Of a stretch of 64,000 nt of DNA, positions 12,701 through 27,700 are shown piece by piece; within the stretch, counting starts at the first letter, position 1; each line of letters opens with the position of its first letter. Origin of the DNA: Callorhinchus milii (lineage: Eukaryota); assembly GCF_018977255.1 (NCBI RefSeq), contig NW_024705044.1, positions 1-64,000 on the forward strand, written 5' to 3'. The notes below the pieces were generated by a model. It saw only the letters and a list, made by a program, of their open reading frames with translations. It searched no databases and was not told the DNA's origin. The translations under genes were made by a program, and so were the position numbers.

Positions 12701-15700
12701 TTATTAATCTTTCGGTGAACACAAGTCTCGCGCCGGGTAGTCTAAGTATAATCACCTTGCCGGCGCTACACTATAAACTTTATGTAAAGGTTATCGTAAA
12801 CACCTAGACGATTCGCCACACTCTTGGTCGATTTGAAGTCAACAACCCGATTGTGGCCTTGATTATCTCGGGCAACTTATATACAGATTTAGGGTTGCTG
12901 CCTACAAGTGTGTCCAAGTGTTGGCTAACTCTTTCGCGGCTCCGGTGGCCGTTCAAGTCTTTGGTCAGCTACCGGTGGTCGCTTCGTCAATATTTGGGCC
13001 GGCATTATTTGAAAGTTTGCCCCAATATCTGGGCCCCTAGCGTCGTGAAAACATAGATGGCTAACAAACGCCCTGCTCAATTCTACGAATGGATATTTCA
13101 CGGGCGCTTTCTTACCTACTGGAATGCGTGATTCTGGAGACTCGGCTAACCAACTTTATAGTATGGGTCTTCTTTTGACCGCGGATATCGCCGTGTGGCT
13201 CGGTTACGTTTGAGTGTCTTCATGCATTTGGTGGCGTAGTGATACGTGCTAGTTCTGAAGTTTTTATGATTAAAGGATCGATTGTACTCATATCTAACAA
13301 ATTGCGTCCCCTGTCCCTGCGTGATTCCTACCCAATGAAGCCGCACTGCGGCTGCGGCCCCGTGGGGCAACCAGTGAAGTTCGATTGGGAAAGGCATATT
13401 AGCGCCATCGGTCGTCGACTGGCGTGGCGTGATGTTCCCCGACGTAGGCGAGACTGGAATTGATGAACAACTGTTGGTAAAACTTGAGGTGCCTAAGCCC
13501 GACCGTTCAAGTGGCACGCACAAAAATCACCTCACTGGAGCTAGAAATACGGTGATTAAGACGACTCCTGGTGGTGCTCGGGCTCTAAAGAAGAATGCAG
13601 CATGTAAGCCCTGACAGTACCCTCTCCGGCAAACCAAGGCTCTCTGCTAGGGGATGCGTTGTTGCCAGATCAGCGACCATCCCGATCTAGTGCGCTCTTT
13701 TCAATCGATTATCGCTTACTCAGTAGTCCCAGACCCAACGGTAACATGAACCTTCTCATTATTGGTGTCGCGTTATTGCTACCAGATTTACAAGGTTTCG
13801 AAAACGTAAACCGCGATCTAGTCCGCTGGTACCAGTAACCATGTGACTAAAAAGATTCTCCGAGTATATACTAGCGGCTTATGCGAGAGTTCGTGCCAAG
13901 TTTCTCGCAAATAACTTACCAACGCACCTTACGGGCTAGTCAGGCTCTGCGCCACTCTGGGAGTATAATCAGCATTTGTAACTGGCTTCAAGCGAGGTCC
14001 ATTCGTTAAGGGCGGATCCCAGTCCGCGGTGCTAGCTGTGTCTGTCTGTTCCTAGTGGAGCTTAATACACCTTTAAGTCACCAAACACCCGTTTAAACGG
14101 CAACGATTCTCTCTAGGAACACAGGCATTGGCTAATATGGGAAGCTACTCCTAAAATGCTATGTATAATGACATCGTCCACAGACCGTTCATCACGTTAG
14201 GCTTACAGCAGTGTTTACCTAGACCAATGTGGGAAGTGTGTCACAATTTAGTATTGCCTGAGCGCTCGTCTGTCACGGGAGAAGTGTTCACGGAGGCAGA
14301 ACAGAGTCTATAGACAACAACCAAATTAAACGTAAAGGACAGTTCACGGAGATTTAATCGCTACTTTTCGGACCTATCAGAGTCGGGCCGTGCTTGACCG
14401 GGTTATTTTGCTACTGAATAATCCCAAGCATGCTTTGCCCTCCGGAGCTGGTAGGGGAGTGCATACATTTAACTAAGGCCGCGAGATGTACGGGAGTGGT
14501 TGCAGTCACAGTTTATAATCTGTAAGACTGTTAGATCGGCCCGACGAAGCACATCTAACGTTGAGAGACACTAGGATGGAATGCTCACACCTACGGTGCA
14601 CGTTATGCCGCCTAGCATCTGAATTTCGTGGTAGGAGTTGCAACGCAAAAAGAGGTGACAACGTATGACCACCGGTATGGATATATGATTGTGGGCGCGG
14701 ATCGCTGTCTCCGACGGTATTTGTAAGTATGGGTGTGTCCCGGTCATTCGGAATTGCAAGCGCCGGCCGTTCAGATGATCTTTTAGGGTGGAACAGTTCC
14801 GGTATACGACAGCACGCCGACGTTGGCCTGTAGTTTTGTTAGGTTCAGTTCTCACGGTGAGCTACCCCCGTGTGGTTTCAACCCATACAGTGCACTGTCA
14901 ATACTCGATGGAGGAGGTTGCGCTAAACTCTCACTTCCCATCTGGCGTAGTTCTGGTTGGGTGATCTCATTATAGGCGTGCCTCCTGAATAAATCTCATC
15001 TCTGATCTTTAGATCCTGAACAGCGACGGCGGGTTGATATAACGGAGCGGGGCGAATATATTCGACTCCACCAACTCGATGGCCCCTCGAGAGATATAAT
15101 TGTTCCCTCTTCGGGCTCTCTTATGTTCGGGTTTCTACTATGACCGGTAGTCGGAGAATGAGTTCACAACCTAGTTTTACCATGATGTACGGGCGTTCTC
15201 GGATATTCTCTCTCGTCGATTCACACAGATTTACGCACGGTCTGTCAGTCTTTACTGTGGCTAGACTTAATCCGACACGTACCAACTGTTCCCAGTAAAG
15301 AACCGAGGGCGAATCCATGGACTCGGAGAGATATGGACACCTGTGGTCTCAGGATTATGCAACTATAATCTATTTATTCGTACCACCTCTACCGTATTAG
15401 CATGGCTTAACTCCTGCAATCTACAAGCGTCAATCAATCGGCTGAGTTCACAGCGAATGCGAGCTGGGTTTCCATGCGATGCTCAGAAAAAGAGCAGCAT
15501 CGAAACTAAACTAGAGACCTGTTCCTTAAGGTGCAAACAGCGCTCGGATCAGGCCAACGTACCCAACTCGCATCCGTGGGTCCTGCGTATCTAGGTTAAA
15601 TATTCTCAGCGAAGTGTTATCTGTGCTGTATGCTGCTCTAACGTGGAGAGTACAGATCTGAGGATAGACGTGATAGCGGAGACTCTGTGGCTCGTAATGG

Positions 15701-18700
15701 CTTGACATTTCCTATAGACCACAGACTCGAGTGTATAGGGAGTTGTGCCTACTTATCTCTATAGCTTCACTACGGTCTGGCGGTGTAGCGTCCTAGTCTC
15801 TAATTAGCGCAAGATATAGCAATAACTTTATTGACTCCAGTGCATTAGACTCCGGTGGGTGATCCGTTTGCCTGGATTGTCAGAAACCCGCTCATTTACG
15901 CCAGTCTTTTCGCGGAGACTGCTTGCCGACTCTCCACCAAAAGCATAAGGGGCTTGGACGCTTAGAGCCTCGACGAACCCATAGGTCATTGAAGTGGTAG
16001 CTCTAATAAAGATATCAAAGCTCTAAATACACCAGACGAAGACACGAAACACCTGTCGGTAGCGTATGACCCCGTCACAATCTTTGTGTTGCAGTTCCGG
16101 AAAGAACTTTGACCGTACTTCCGACACAATCCGTTGCTCGCACTGCAGCACGTCCCAGTCAGGGAGAGAACCGTACATACTCCCTTCAGCCAAGGGGCAA
16201 TCCCATGCGCTCTCCGCATGCCATGGCGTGATCGAGGACCGTTGTTTGTTTGCAACGAGGTGGACGAACTGAGTACTCGGCAAAAATTTGATCCTTCAGC
16301 TCCATTGGAAGCTGCACGGACTTAAGACATTATGGTCTAGAGTTAGGACGTAAGTGCGTGCCAACCTTCCGGACATTCTCAATGAGCAGTATCTTCTCTA
16401 TCGTTGCCGGTAATTCTCGTATAGAGGGGTTCTTAGTATCTTAATAGCTCATAATACGATGCCCTATGACGTCGGCTCTCTTGCTGTTTCTCTAGGGGGC
16501 TATCCCGAATTCATCGACAGTCAACGCTATGTGAGTTACACATGATACGAGAAAAAGCGATAGCGCGCACCGGATAAGACATTTGAAGTGTAGTTCATAC
16601 GGCCGGTTGCGCTAGATGTGGCGACTTCGGGAACCGCGATCTGCGGAAATGGCGAGTGCCTGTGCTTTCGTGGGACGCAAGGCTTACGGAATATAACTTC
16701 ACGCAGGAACGGTGTAATCAAACGACTGTCCGCCGCACTGTCATCCACGACATCCAGGAGGAGCGTTAGCTGGTTGAGGATGAAAGCTACAGGCCCCCGT
16801 GTTAGTAAGCACTTACGAGAATACCCGCGGCGGGTTACTGTGTACTCCGTCGAACAATGTTTATAGTGGGGACCCAGAAATGCGCAGCTGACGCGGCGTT
16901 AGATCAATCTCTATCTACATTAATTTTTAGTCCCAAGTACAATCTTGCCTGTGCACACGACTTATTCAAAACTGCCCACATTGACGTCACCATCACAAGA
17001 GTATATAGACTATTAATTCCCCTTCGGGAGCATCGTTGCAAGCGTGGAGTCGAGAACACCAGTGGACCTAGCTCGGCCTGTCGGGTGCATTATGCCGGAA
17101 CGTTCACGCCTAAATACCAGGCAGCAATCGCTCTTGCTCATTGAGTAAAAGGCAGGCCAGATTTGTCATTTAGTGCTAACTGAAGCTGAGCATCGCAGAG
17201 TAATGATGGACTACTAAGGAATTAGTTCGTGTCCGTGACCCCTTACTGATGCCATGACGTCTGAAAAGGGGCTCGCGCTCTACAGGGTGGGACCGATTTG
17301 TTTCAGTTGTCGGCAGAGTTAAACAGTTAAGCGTTCAACTTTAGAACTTCAACTTTCTTCCCATTATGTACGCCTTAAGAGTTAAGGGGATAAGGCCCAA
17401 TTCGGTGGCCAAGGAATGAAGCCTGACACGATCTTGAGCGACGGTCTTGAGTGTGTAAATGAGCAGGGCAGGATAAACGTTTGCACGGCACCCCGTGGCA
17501 AGCAACAGTTCAGAGGTACATACAAATTTCAGTTTTCATCACGGCCGAAAGTCCATCTACTAGCTGTTCTAGGGGTCTTAACGACAGACACATGCTTCAG
17601 CGGCTATTATCTCTTTAGGGTTGCCAGTCGCGCCAAGGTTTCCAGTCAAAGAGAGTTCCTCTTATAAATATCTGGATACGGGCTTAACGCCACGTACACT
17701 CCCCGACAGTATCCAATTATGAACATGCAACGTTGATGCAACGCGAGATAGTTGACAGGTTCACTATTCTGGAGGACCAGAGAGGGCCACGAGATTATGG
17801 ACTATACCATCAATAAAGTCTGCAGAGCGCGAACGATTATGCGAGATACTTCTAGAGATTGGCAAAGGAATTACGGAGTACGACCCTTAACACCCAGGTA
17901 GGGGTTTGTTCTGCATTCTCACACTAATCAGGGGAGAGTCGTGCTGAACTGCAGTCCATCAAACAGGACACGATCCAATCTCTCGATATCAAACTATCAT
18001 AATTAAAGTTCTGCCATATTCCCGAAATTGTAACGTAACCATGGCGCTCGTCCTACTCAACCGGCCTGTTCCTTGTACAGCAATTCATTAGCCAGATTGC
18101 GCTTCTTTTATTTGCGATATTACCGCTAACCACGGACATCTAGCAAGGAGTGGCACCACTACCAAAGTAATTATCTGCGCAGTTCATTACATATTTTTTC
18201 TGAATGGCGTACAGGTCCGCGTCATGCCCCACATGCATATTGTCTTCAGTCAAGGTAAGGCCCCTTCATAGGCACAAACCTACTATAAGTAATTCGGCAT
18301 TGTGGATTATGACAGGACGTCGAAACCAAGACTAGTAGACTGGCGAGGTAGGCAATTACCAGACCTCGCGTTATTAATTTAAAGGTGCTTAAGAACTAGC
18401 GTACGGAGACCTTTTACGGCTCGGGGAGCCATGGTGAAGGAGTGGGACCGCTTAGATTGTCGGGTCATAGGGCGCGTTCGTGTCTGGCGACGCTAAAAAC
18501 GGCTCGAGCTATCGATGTAACAATACCCCTAAGTCTGTACATGTGCAAAGCTAGCGCTGAATATTCGCTCCAGCACCGCATCACGATCGTGGAGGGCAGT
18601 GGTGGAAGGTACGCACTTCACTAGTGTCGTGTGAGGCTCACGTATAGCACCTGGATACGTAGTAATGTGAGAGCATGGGAATTCGTTTAGATTGTCTGAT

Positions 18701-21700
18701 TTGTAGACGATTTTTTCCAGTTCGTAGATCGCGCTTCTTCTGTTTGTGGAGGTCACAGCATAAGACGAAAAGCCTGGGACTCCGCTGCACCTTAGAATAT
18801 AGATCGTGAGAGTAGGGGAACGCGTGCCATTGCAGTGTCCACATGTAGGATACGACGCCAACCTGGCAATCGAACCTGGTAGTCGAGCCGGGACAGCATC
18901 ACATGGCAATAGTTTAAATTTTTTGTTTCCAATGGTTCTGGGGGACTTTTTCGGGTACTTTTGTGTGTTAGGCGGTTCAAGGACGTGCCTAATCCACAGT
19001 CGTCCATTCTATACGGTTGGACGCTACTTTGTCTGACATAGAAAGGACGCAAGGAAAAATGCAATCCGGCCTAATCCACCAATATCGGAGTCCGAATACG
19101 GGGCCTGGACAGCCTTTCGGCTGGCGGTCCCTCGGCGTTTAGAATAGGGTGGTGATACATTTAGTATGCGTTGAGAATTATATGGCATCTAGTGAGGATA
19201 CACTAGGCTGTGTTAGCAAATATTCTGTGTCATGGCGTTACTGAGGAGCCCTAAGCTCCCATGGTTCCAATCTTGGAGGCCACAATTTTTATTCTACGTG
19301 TGCTCTCACTGACTCTCCCTAGGGCTGGTTGGAACTTTTCCTTGTCCCTATAGAACCGACACTGTCTTTCTGCGCTCATTACCAGGCGGCAAGTGGGAAC
19401 TCACCATTCCTAACTATAACCTGCTCCGCCACTTTTTAAAATGAACCTTTACATCCGAATAGTACCCGTACCGCCCCCACTCTGGTCAGCAAACAACGCG
19501 TAATCACAGAGAACTGTTACGAGGCAGAACAATCCGTTGAATTGAAGCGACGTTGGTGCCCACACGTATGCACCGTCTGCCAAGGGTTTGGTGTGTAGGT
19601 TGATTTTATTCAGCGCATACATGCAGCAGGGGAACTCCCTTAATATGTACTTTCAGTCCGCCAGGGAGGCTCCTATATGAAGGTTGCGTGGTGACTTCTA
19701 GGATCGCGTGTATTAACACCAGGCACACGTTTTCGATCCGCGTGTCGATGTCAGTGGTAAACTCGCGAGGGGGAAGATCGGTCAAGTCCAGTGATAGTAC
19801 GCCTCATGATTACTCCGCCACCGATTCAGGCATTTAGGCGTCCGTGGCAATTCGCCCTAGGCAGATAAAAGTTGTTCTATACCCACAATGTAGCTTGCGA
19901 ACAGCTTGCGCCAGATTGGAACAGTTGCTAGCAGACAAATTCCTACCGCCGACGAAACTAAATAGGTGAACAAGGGGCTAGTAGTTCAAACGAATCTCCG
20001 GCTCCTTAGAATAGTGATGTGCACGGGCAATAGGCGCCGGACGACTAACGATGCTTGAAAATGTACACGCCGCCTTCGGTAACTGGGGACGTCTGCCGTT
20101 TTGCGGCTTTAGCAGTGAACGTAGAGTAGTACTCGACACGTGTCGGTCACCATTGAGAGCGAGTCACCGGAGCAGTGGTGAGTGACCAAACTTTTTGTAG
20201 TGGGGACTACAGAACGGTTTGGGTATGGCATGGGTTCGGGTGCTAGTACAGGCACAACTTGCTTTGGATCTGCGTTAACGCGATTGCACTAAGTGGAACA
20301 GTAAGAATCTCTGTTACTAATGTCAAGATCTGCCTAGCTTGGCCGTGCTAGTGAAGCTCCCTGTTCCCACTCTTTAGTAGCGGGGGGCGACTCCTACGTG
20401 ATACGCTCTACAGTTGGCTACTCCCCTGCGGTTATATTTCTACAAAATAATCAACCCGCTGTACATGTCGGGCACTGCCGAAGAATAAAGTGCAAATTGG
20501 GTAGGCCCTGCAGCAAACGAGATGTAACACTAGCATAGGGATTTTGGTACCCGTAGATATGGTCCGCGGAAAGGCGGCAGCGTTTATTAGTCGCTGAACT
20601 AAGCGTTTTCTCAGGCTCCGATATAAAAGGTATCTAAAAGAAGTGGCTGCTCCCGTACGAACAACAGTCGTCGAGTCCTCGCGTCCTAAGGTTCATTCTT
20701 GCCTAACCCGGGTTCAGGTTCTGGTTGATATGGTGCAGGTTGATCGTGTGAGTACTGAAATGGGAGGTTCAGGGAAACCCAGGAAAACTAGGGAGCGCGT
20801 AATACCAACACGACAGGAGTGCCCACGGACATGTCTGCCGCGTATGCGCAGAGGAACTCGACGCCGTTAAAGGACTATTCCGCTCACACCTTCTACGTGC
20901 GATAGGTTAACCGTTGTGTCCCTGCCGTTGTGCAGACCTCTAAGGGCTGGGAAAGCGCAGGGATTCAGTTGAGTGAGGTATCGAGGAACTCCGCATTCCT
21001 AACGACAATTTATCGAATTTTTAGTACTTGCCAGGGCCGCGAATCTCATTATGATCCATCGAACGATATACAGGGGATAGTTTAAAGTCTGATTGACATC
21101 CTTTGTCCAAGTGCATGAACCCTGCCTATGATGAATGTAATGCGGGTCGAAGCCCCAGCCATTTACTCAAATTGAGCAATCTGGTCTGCGTGAATGACGA
21201 CACAGAGCTCATAATCGACGCTTTAAGCTGTTGCATTCCGTGCGCAACTTATACTGCCTCACTTACGGAGCGTCAGACTTTATAGTATTGCCAGCATTGG
21301 AATTGCGAAGTTTCGGCCCGAGAATAAGCGACACTGAAGAAGGGCCACTAGACCCAGATGACAGAAGCGGCGCATTTCTAAATGTACTCCTACAACGCAG
21401 TTTCCGATGTGCTGATAAGGAGAACCAGGGGGTCAGGGACGACCGGCGATTCAGACACAGCTAACATCTTCCAGTTTTGCTACCTGACCTATTGGAAGGT
21501 AGTACGGGGCAGAACCGCCGTCATCCAGGTGATGGGTACCGCTTTTCGGTGACGTTGCGACTTATGGCAAACCCCAGCATTAAGCGGTAATATAAGGCTT
21601 TGATCTGCCTCGGAGCGCTGTGCGTCTCCCACTTAATATGTTAAGATCTCCGCTTTAATGTGACGCAATGACTCAACGATTTTGCGGTCGTGCGTGTATA

Positions 21701-24700
21701 AAAGTAGAGCCAGCACTGAAAATACCCTCATATTTCAAACTGTCGACCGAGAGTAGAGGTGACACATACTGATCTTGTGGACTGGGAGGTTTCGAGGCAC
21801 TTATAGAGACTTCGACGGAAGTACCGATTCAAGCACGCATCCTAACGCTGGCGCGAACGGCGTACTGTTAAGCCATCCGTATTCCATATATATAGACGTT
21901 CATAATTTAAGTTGATTCATTAGTCTCCGCCATTTTGATACTGGCGAACTAAGAACATCACAATCCTTGTAGGTCAACCTATATAGGTTTTGGAAAGGGC
22001 TATTGATGGTTCCAGCAGCAAACTGCGACGAAGCTACGCACCGACTATTATACTTTCATTTTGAACCCATCCTAAAAGCGGTTGCTCTTGCAACTACAAA
22101 TACCGCAAAGCATCGATCCCCCCAAAAAAGGCTGTGTGGTACCTGTGTAGATTGAATGCCCGGGCGTCATGTAGGGACCGGCTGAGAAAGCACTACAAGA
22201 GTACGAGTGGTGTAAATTCATAGTAGGACTGGGCTTCTTTGGGGCATTGTTACGCGGAGTCGCAAGAGAATTCACAATGCCGAGGAAACTTAATCCGGTG
22301 CAGGGATGAACATACGACGGAAAGGACAAAGGACGGCTCGTACACGGCACATGATCGAATCGCATGGAACCTACAGATTGGTGTGGGCCGCCGAAGGCAA
22401 TGAGAGAATTAATTGAATGCCGATTATTAACAATTATCTCGGCTCGTGCAGTTGCAGCGCCGTAGGATTTCGGCATATCGATAACGGCCCAACAGCGTCC
22501 GTCGGTTCTCCAACTGGAGCATTAATAATACTACTTATTACCGCGTCGTACTAACCAAACCTTTATGACAAGGTAAGGAACGCCGAGATGTCTTGTTTGG
22601 ACGACTCAATACCGCAAGTCTACTGGGCAGTCCATGCAGCGGAGTCTATTCCCAGCTGCGGATGCACTCGTGGGTAGACGGCGGTAGAGGCGGTAACCAC
22701 CCTAGCTGAAACGAGGAGCCGTGAACGAACTTGCAAAGTAGCTACGATGTTACTCGCGATGGGAACACAGAACAGGTCATTAGAGTACGACTGCAAATAT
22801 GAAGCGCATGCTAGTGTCCCCTTTGACCACTTCACTGCTTGGCTGTCGAGATGTGGGGTTTCTGGCGGCATGGCTCCCGTGGCCTTGTCTAAGGGTGACG
22901 GCCTTATAGCACACAAAAGCTCTGCTTAAGGTACTCTGCTACGGGCAATGTAGGCATGACAGCGGAACACGGTGTTGTGAGAAAATCATACGCGCAATGG
23001 TAAGGCAATGTGGCCGATTTGATGCTGACTGCTTTACGTACGTACCCATTGGATCGGACGTTCATAGGAACTTAATATCCATCCAGCCAATTCCCCCGGT
23101 CTCTAAGCAAATGTTTAATCCCACTAGACGTGGCTGTTCGAGTAGTTCTGTCCATGCTCAACCTTATCGTGAGTGGCTAGACCCTCTAACCCACAAACCA
23201 CTGCCCTGCCAGCCACTCACCGGTGTGTTCCGTGAGCGTGGCCAAGACTCTATAGTAAAGGAGTCTCCGGGTAATCTCTTCCCTAAATCGCTGACTCTAG
23301 AACTGCAGCTCTTTGTGACATCTTGGCATTACGGACCTGTGCTACACCCAGGTTTTACAGCCGTAAGAGAAGCGTGATTATAGTTGATAGTTAAAAGACA
23401 CATATGCTTTATTGTCAAACAAGGTGGACAGTATCTCAAGCCTCGCGTTGGGGGGTGGCATTGAAAGTTGCATCAGCCTGCACACATACAAAAGGTAATT
23501 GCGTGAGAGTTCAGGGAATTGCATGGGCGTGCGCACGCCTGCTCAGGTCGACAGACCACTTCAAGTCAGGTTTATTACACGAATCTGTACTTAGTCGGAT
23601 GAGCGGTGAACCATTTCACCACTTATGGTCGTAAAACGTATATGCACAGGGTCGTGGTCGCGAACCTAATAGTTATGACGCCTATCCCATGAGTCAAAGT
23701 TATCTCTACATGTCGCCTTATTAGGCGCTTTTATGTTTATCTTAGACGCGGTGATAGAAACAGGAGCAAGTTCCAAATACGGACGCCCGCTGCACTCTTC
23801 TGGTGCGAACGAGGGGTCTGCTAGGACTAGTGACGGGATTCTGAGGTCCCCCTGCTCTCATGATAACGTGCTGAGGACCGATTCTGAGATTCGGTCAACA
23901 TTGCCAAGTGCATTGACAGGCTAGAGAGTCGAGAGACATGAGAATATTCCTCACACTTTACTCACCATCTAGAGATTGTATACATGTTCAGTATTCTCAG
24001 CCTAAGTTGGCGGACTAGCTAGGCATGGGTATGGATGCTCGACGAGCAGCGCTTAAAGGGGGTGCGCTTGACTTTATCCCACTCACGAACTATCGTGGAC
24101 TTATTAGTCACAACCAATACCATCGAAAAGCTCCAAACAACGCAATTGTGTCAAGAGAAAAAGCTCACATGTACAAGATAAGCCAACCCCGCCTAGAACA
24201 TCAATAGACCAGTGATCGGTTGACCAGTTGTCGGACTAGCCCGTCACGAGGCTAATCCACGCTGACGCGATCCACTATCGTGCCTACACTTAGAAACACT
24301 CAACGAGGCTCCCGATAGCAACGCAACAAATCTTGTGCAGTCCCTACTCGAGTAACTATGTGGTGGCTTGCTAATCCCCTACACGTAGAATGATTGACAG
24401 TTTTACTAGCATTCACCTATGTTAGGCAAATTCATCCTCGAGTATAATAAGTGGACTGCTAAATACCACCCCTGTTCAGTTCAAGCGAGGCCCAGACACG
24501 ATTAGCTATCTAACTAACGAATACCCGGAAATCACGGGACTCTGGTGACTCGTGGAGTACTGCAAGAGTGGACGATAGAAAATGTCTGACCTTTGTTAAT
24601 CAATATGAATACGGGTATGCCTATCGCGGGAAGCGGCGAGAGGCAAGTACAGTGAATGAACCCGTACACTGGCCGTTCAAAAGCTATTCTATCTCTCGTT

Positions 24701-27700
24701 TTGCACTAAGAAAGTCAATCTAAATTGCGCGCGCAAACCCTGCCCTTATCGGAGGACTTGGGGCAGGGTTTAAGCCGGAGCTGTTAAGAATATGGACATT
24801 CCGGTTATAAGCTAGGCGAGGCTATATATCTGCGGGGCCGCAACCACTTCCATCCACCACCATGTTGATGCACTGGACATCAGTGTGAGGCTATTGTTGA
24901 ACATTCGCTAGCCAACGGGAACATTGAGGGATGGTTAATCGGTACTTTCCTGTCGGGATAAATTATAAGGAACGTATATATAAAGCGCATTCGTTATTCG
25001 AAATTAGCTACCTATAGATTTATAGAAAGCCGAGTTCGCAATGTCTAGACAGTATCGAAAGTGTCGCCTCTCTGAGTACATTATAGATGACTGACGCGCC
25101 ATTTTTTCTAGTATTGGATTTTAATGTCTTCCGCCCGGTAATGTATTTATGTAAACTCCGGTCTCTAGGTTGGCTCTGGTTTTAAGGCTAGTCGTAGTTA
25201 AACACTCGTGTACTGGTGCAGTGGGGAGAGGTGCTCGAGAGTAGTTACCCATTACATGAACGTACGCACGAGCGCGATAAGGCTTTCTTACGCGGTAAAA
25301 CGGCCGCAGTCCTTCTTTAAGTCGGCTGGTCTATGAGTACATCACGATTCATGGTCGACCAAACGACGCATGAAGCGTAAGTGGTCGTACTCAGCGTCCC
25401 GCAATCGTCTTACTGGCATCGAACGGGTTAATACACGGTATTACCGTCTCCACCTAGCTTTCTAGAATTCCTTACGGCTTGGAGTGTCCCAATCAAGATC
25501 ATTAGGTATAATTTGACCTCTAAATTAGGTAGGTAACGAGCACGGTAGGTGAGCGGTACCTAAATTTAATCACAGCAGATGAAATGTACCTATCCTTGCT
25601 AGTGTACTGGCAGAGAGCCTGTTGTAACCAAATAGCTTTTTGGCATGCTGTCAGTAAAGGGAAGATATGAGGAGTCGCTCTAAACTCCAACGTGTTTTAT
25701 GACTTCACGTAGCACTTCGACTTTTGGGCTAGAATGAAGGCGGGATGCTGAACCCAACTCCCTCGTATTATATCTGACCGATAGCTCGCCAACCCCGCAC
25801 TGTAACCTGTGGAGATAGACGTACGCCGCACATAGGTAGGCACTACCTGGATGTACCCGCTCACTACTCAGAAGAGGTACGCAGAGATCTGATCTTATAC
25901 AAAATCGAGGCAAGAGGAGGACATCAGCGGGTCCCCGCAAGAGGGGGAAAGCAGTTCTCTTGCCTTGCATCACACCTGCTCTAATGAAATCATGGTACGG
26001 GGACAAGGTACCTTTTTTGCATTTCAGTGATGATCTAGGTCCCAGCACTTTACGTGACGCGCTTGTTCGTGTCCTGTAGACGGTAGCGGTAAACACCCCA
26101 GGGTTCGCTCACCAAATGAACAGTGGCTTCTTGATCAATAGAGGAAGGTTTAACTCGCCCACTGCCTGCAGCTTCAAATTGTACCCTCCGGCGGTACTCA
26201 ATGTGGCCTGGAATACGTCGAATTTCCTGCACGATCGAACGAGTTAAGGCCTACTAACATAACTTGGCGGCAGTAGAAGAAGACGGCAAAATTGCGGGCC
26301 GGCGCTGACGGAAAAGCGTACTTGATCACATGTTATGGTCTTACGTTATCTCAATTGGTGTTCGCCTGCTCTTTTGAAATTAATACCAACGGATCCAGTG
26401 TCTTCAAGCCCCCGGAGCGATAAGTAATGGTGAGGAGGTACAAACGGATGTAATTTTTCCTTATAAGCCGTTACTAGGCTATAGGGAGCGACACACACAC
26501 TCTAGATCACAGTGAACGAACAGTAGCTATAGCAACGCGGGTGGATCAATAGACGCTATCATGCCAGCTAGTACCAAAATATGTGAGTTAGATGAGAAAT
26601 CGAGCCGTTTTTTAGCCACATACCCCCTGACTAAGTTCTGTTTCACAGGGTCATCGAGCCTAATATGATGTACTAAATTGCTATGCATCAGTGCCTGCAC
26701 GAAGTACACATGTAGTTAATTCAGTATCCCAACTTTGTGAATTTTCAAATGTACGACGCGGGCATCATGATCGAGGCCAATTCCCGCAATTACGAGAGAT
26801 CAAGAGTATAGAACAAGACCGGTCGTCGAAGGTTATCTTAGAGTTTTTAAGGACGATGTGTCACTACTTGTTCTCATAACCTTGTTGCCTGCCTAAGATA
26901 TTGGAATTGCCATCCATCTGGAGTCAGTAAAAATTAGGGGATAAATAAGAAACGGAACGAGAGACAGTTGCCCGTAGACCGACCATATCGGAATGTAAAT
27001 CGTTTAGTAACAACAGCCAGTATCCCCACCGGGACAACCACGTTTCACGGTCATATCTAGAACAGATTAGGTTATGACTTTCCATTCTGTCGAACAAATA
27101 TGCGGTTAAGGTTGCCAACCCGGATAATAGAGCCTGTTACGAGGTCACGGGACGCAGATGCTTGGCGACATTCAGGACAGTCTTGATGCGCATCTGAGCG
27201 GGGAAGATTTAATAATACCCCCGACCAACGACTCAGTGCGGAGCAAGAGGACGGTAGCCGGGTGCAAGTTGATGTCCTCAATACGGGGGTGATGTCACTA
27301 TCGAGCGATCTTAACCGGGCTGACATATAGCAGCCACACTGGTCAGTATGCACTGGCTTAGCGAACGAGGGTTTGTAGCTGGGACCAGTACGTTAACCAC
27401 TATCGCTGCAGGGAGGGAAGCCCCTATGGCCTGATACCCCGTATAACTGATTGGAGGCAGAGAGTTTCAATGTAAGGGGTGCCGCCGTCTTGATGGTGTT
27501 AATCATACATCTGATGAAAAAATAATTATACCAGGAAGACAAACTCAGGTTCGATATCATACAAGTAAGTTCGCGAGACCAAGGACGTTACATACTAAGC
27601 AGCCGATAAGAGTCGAATGTCTCCATGTACTACTGGGGATTGTTGACATACTTTATTCTTGGATCCGCTTTATTCTATTTCCTGATGAGCCTTATTTCGA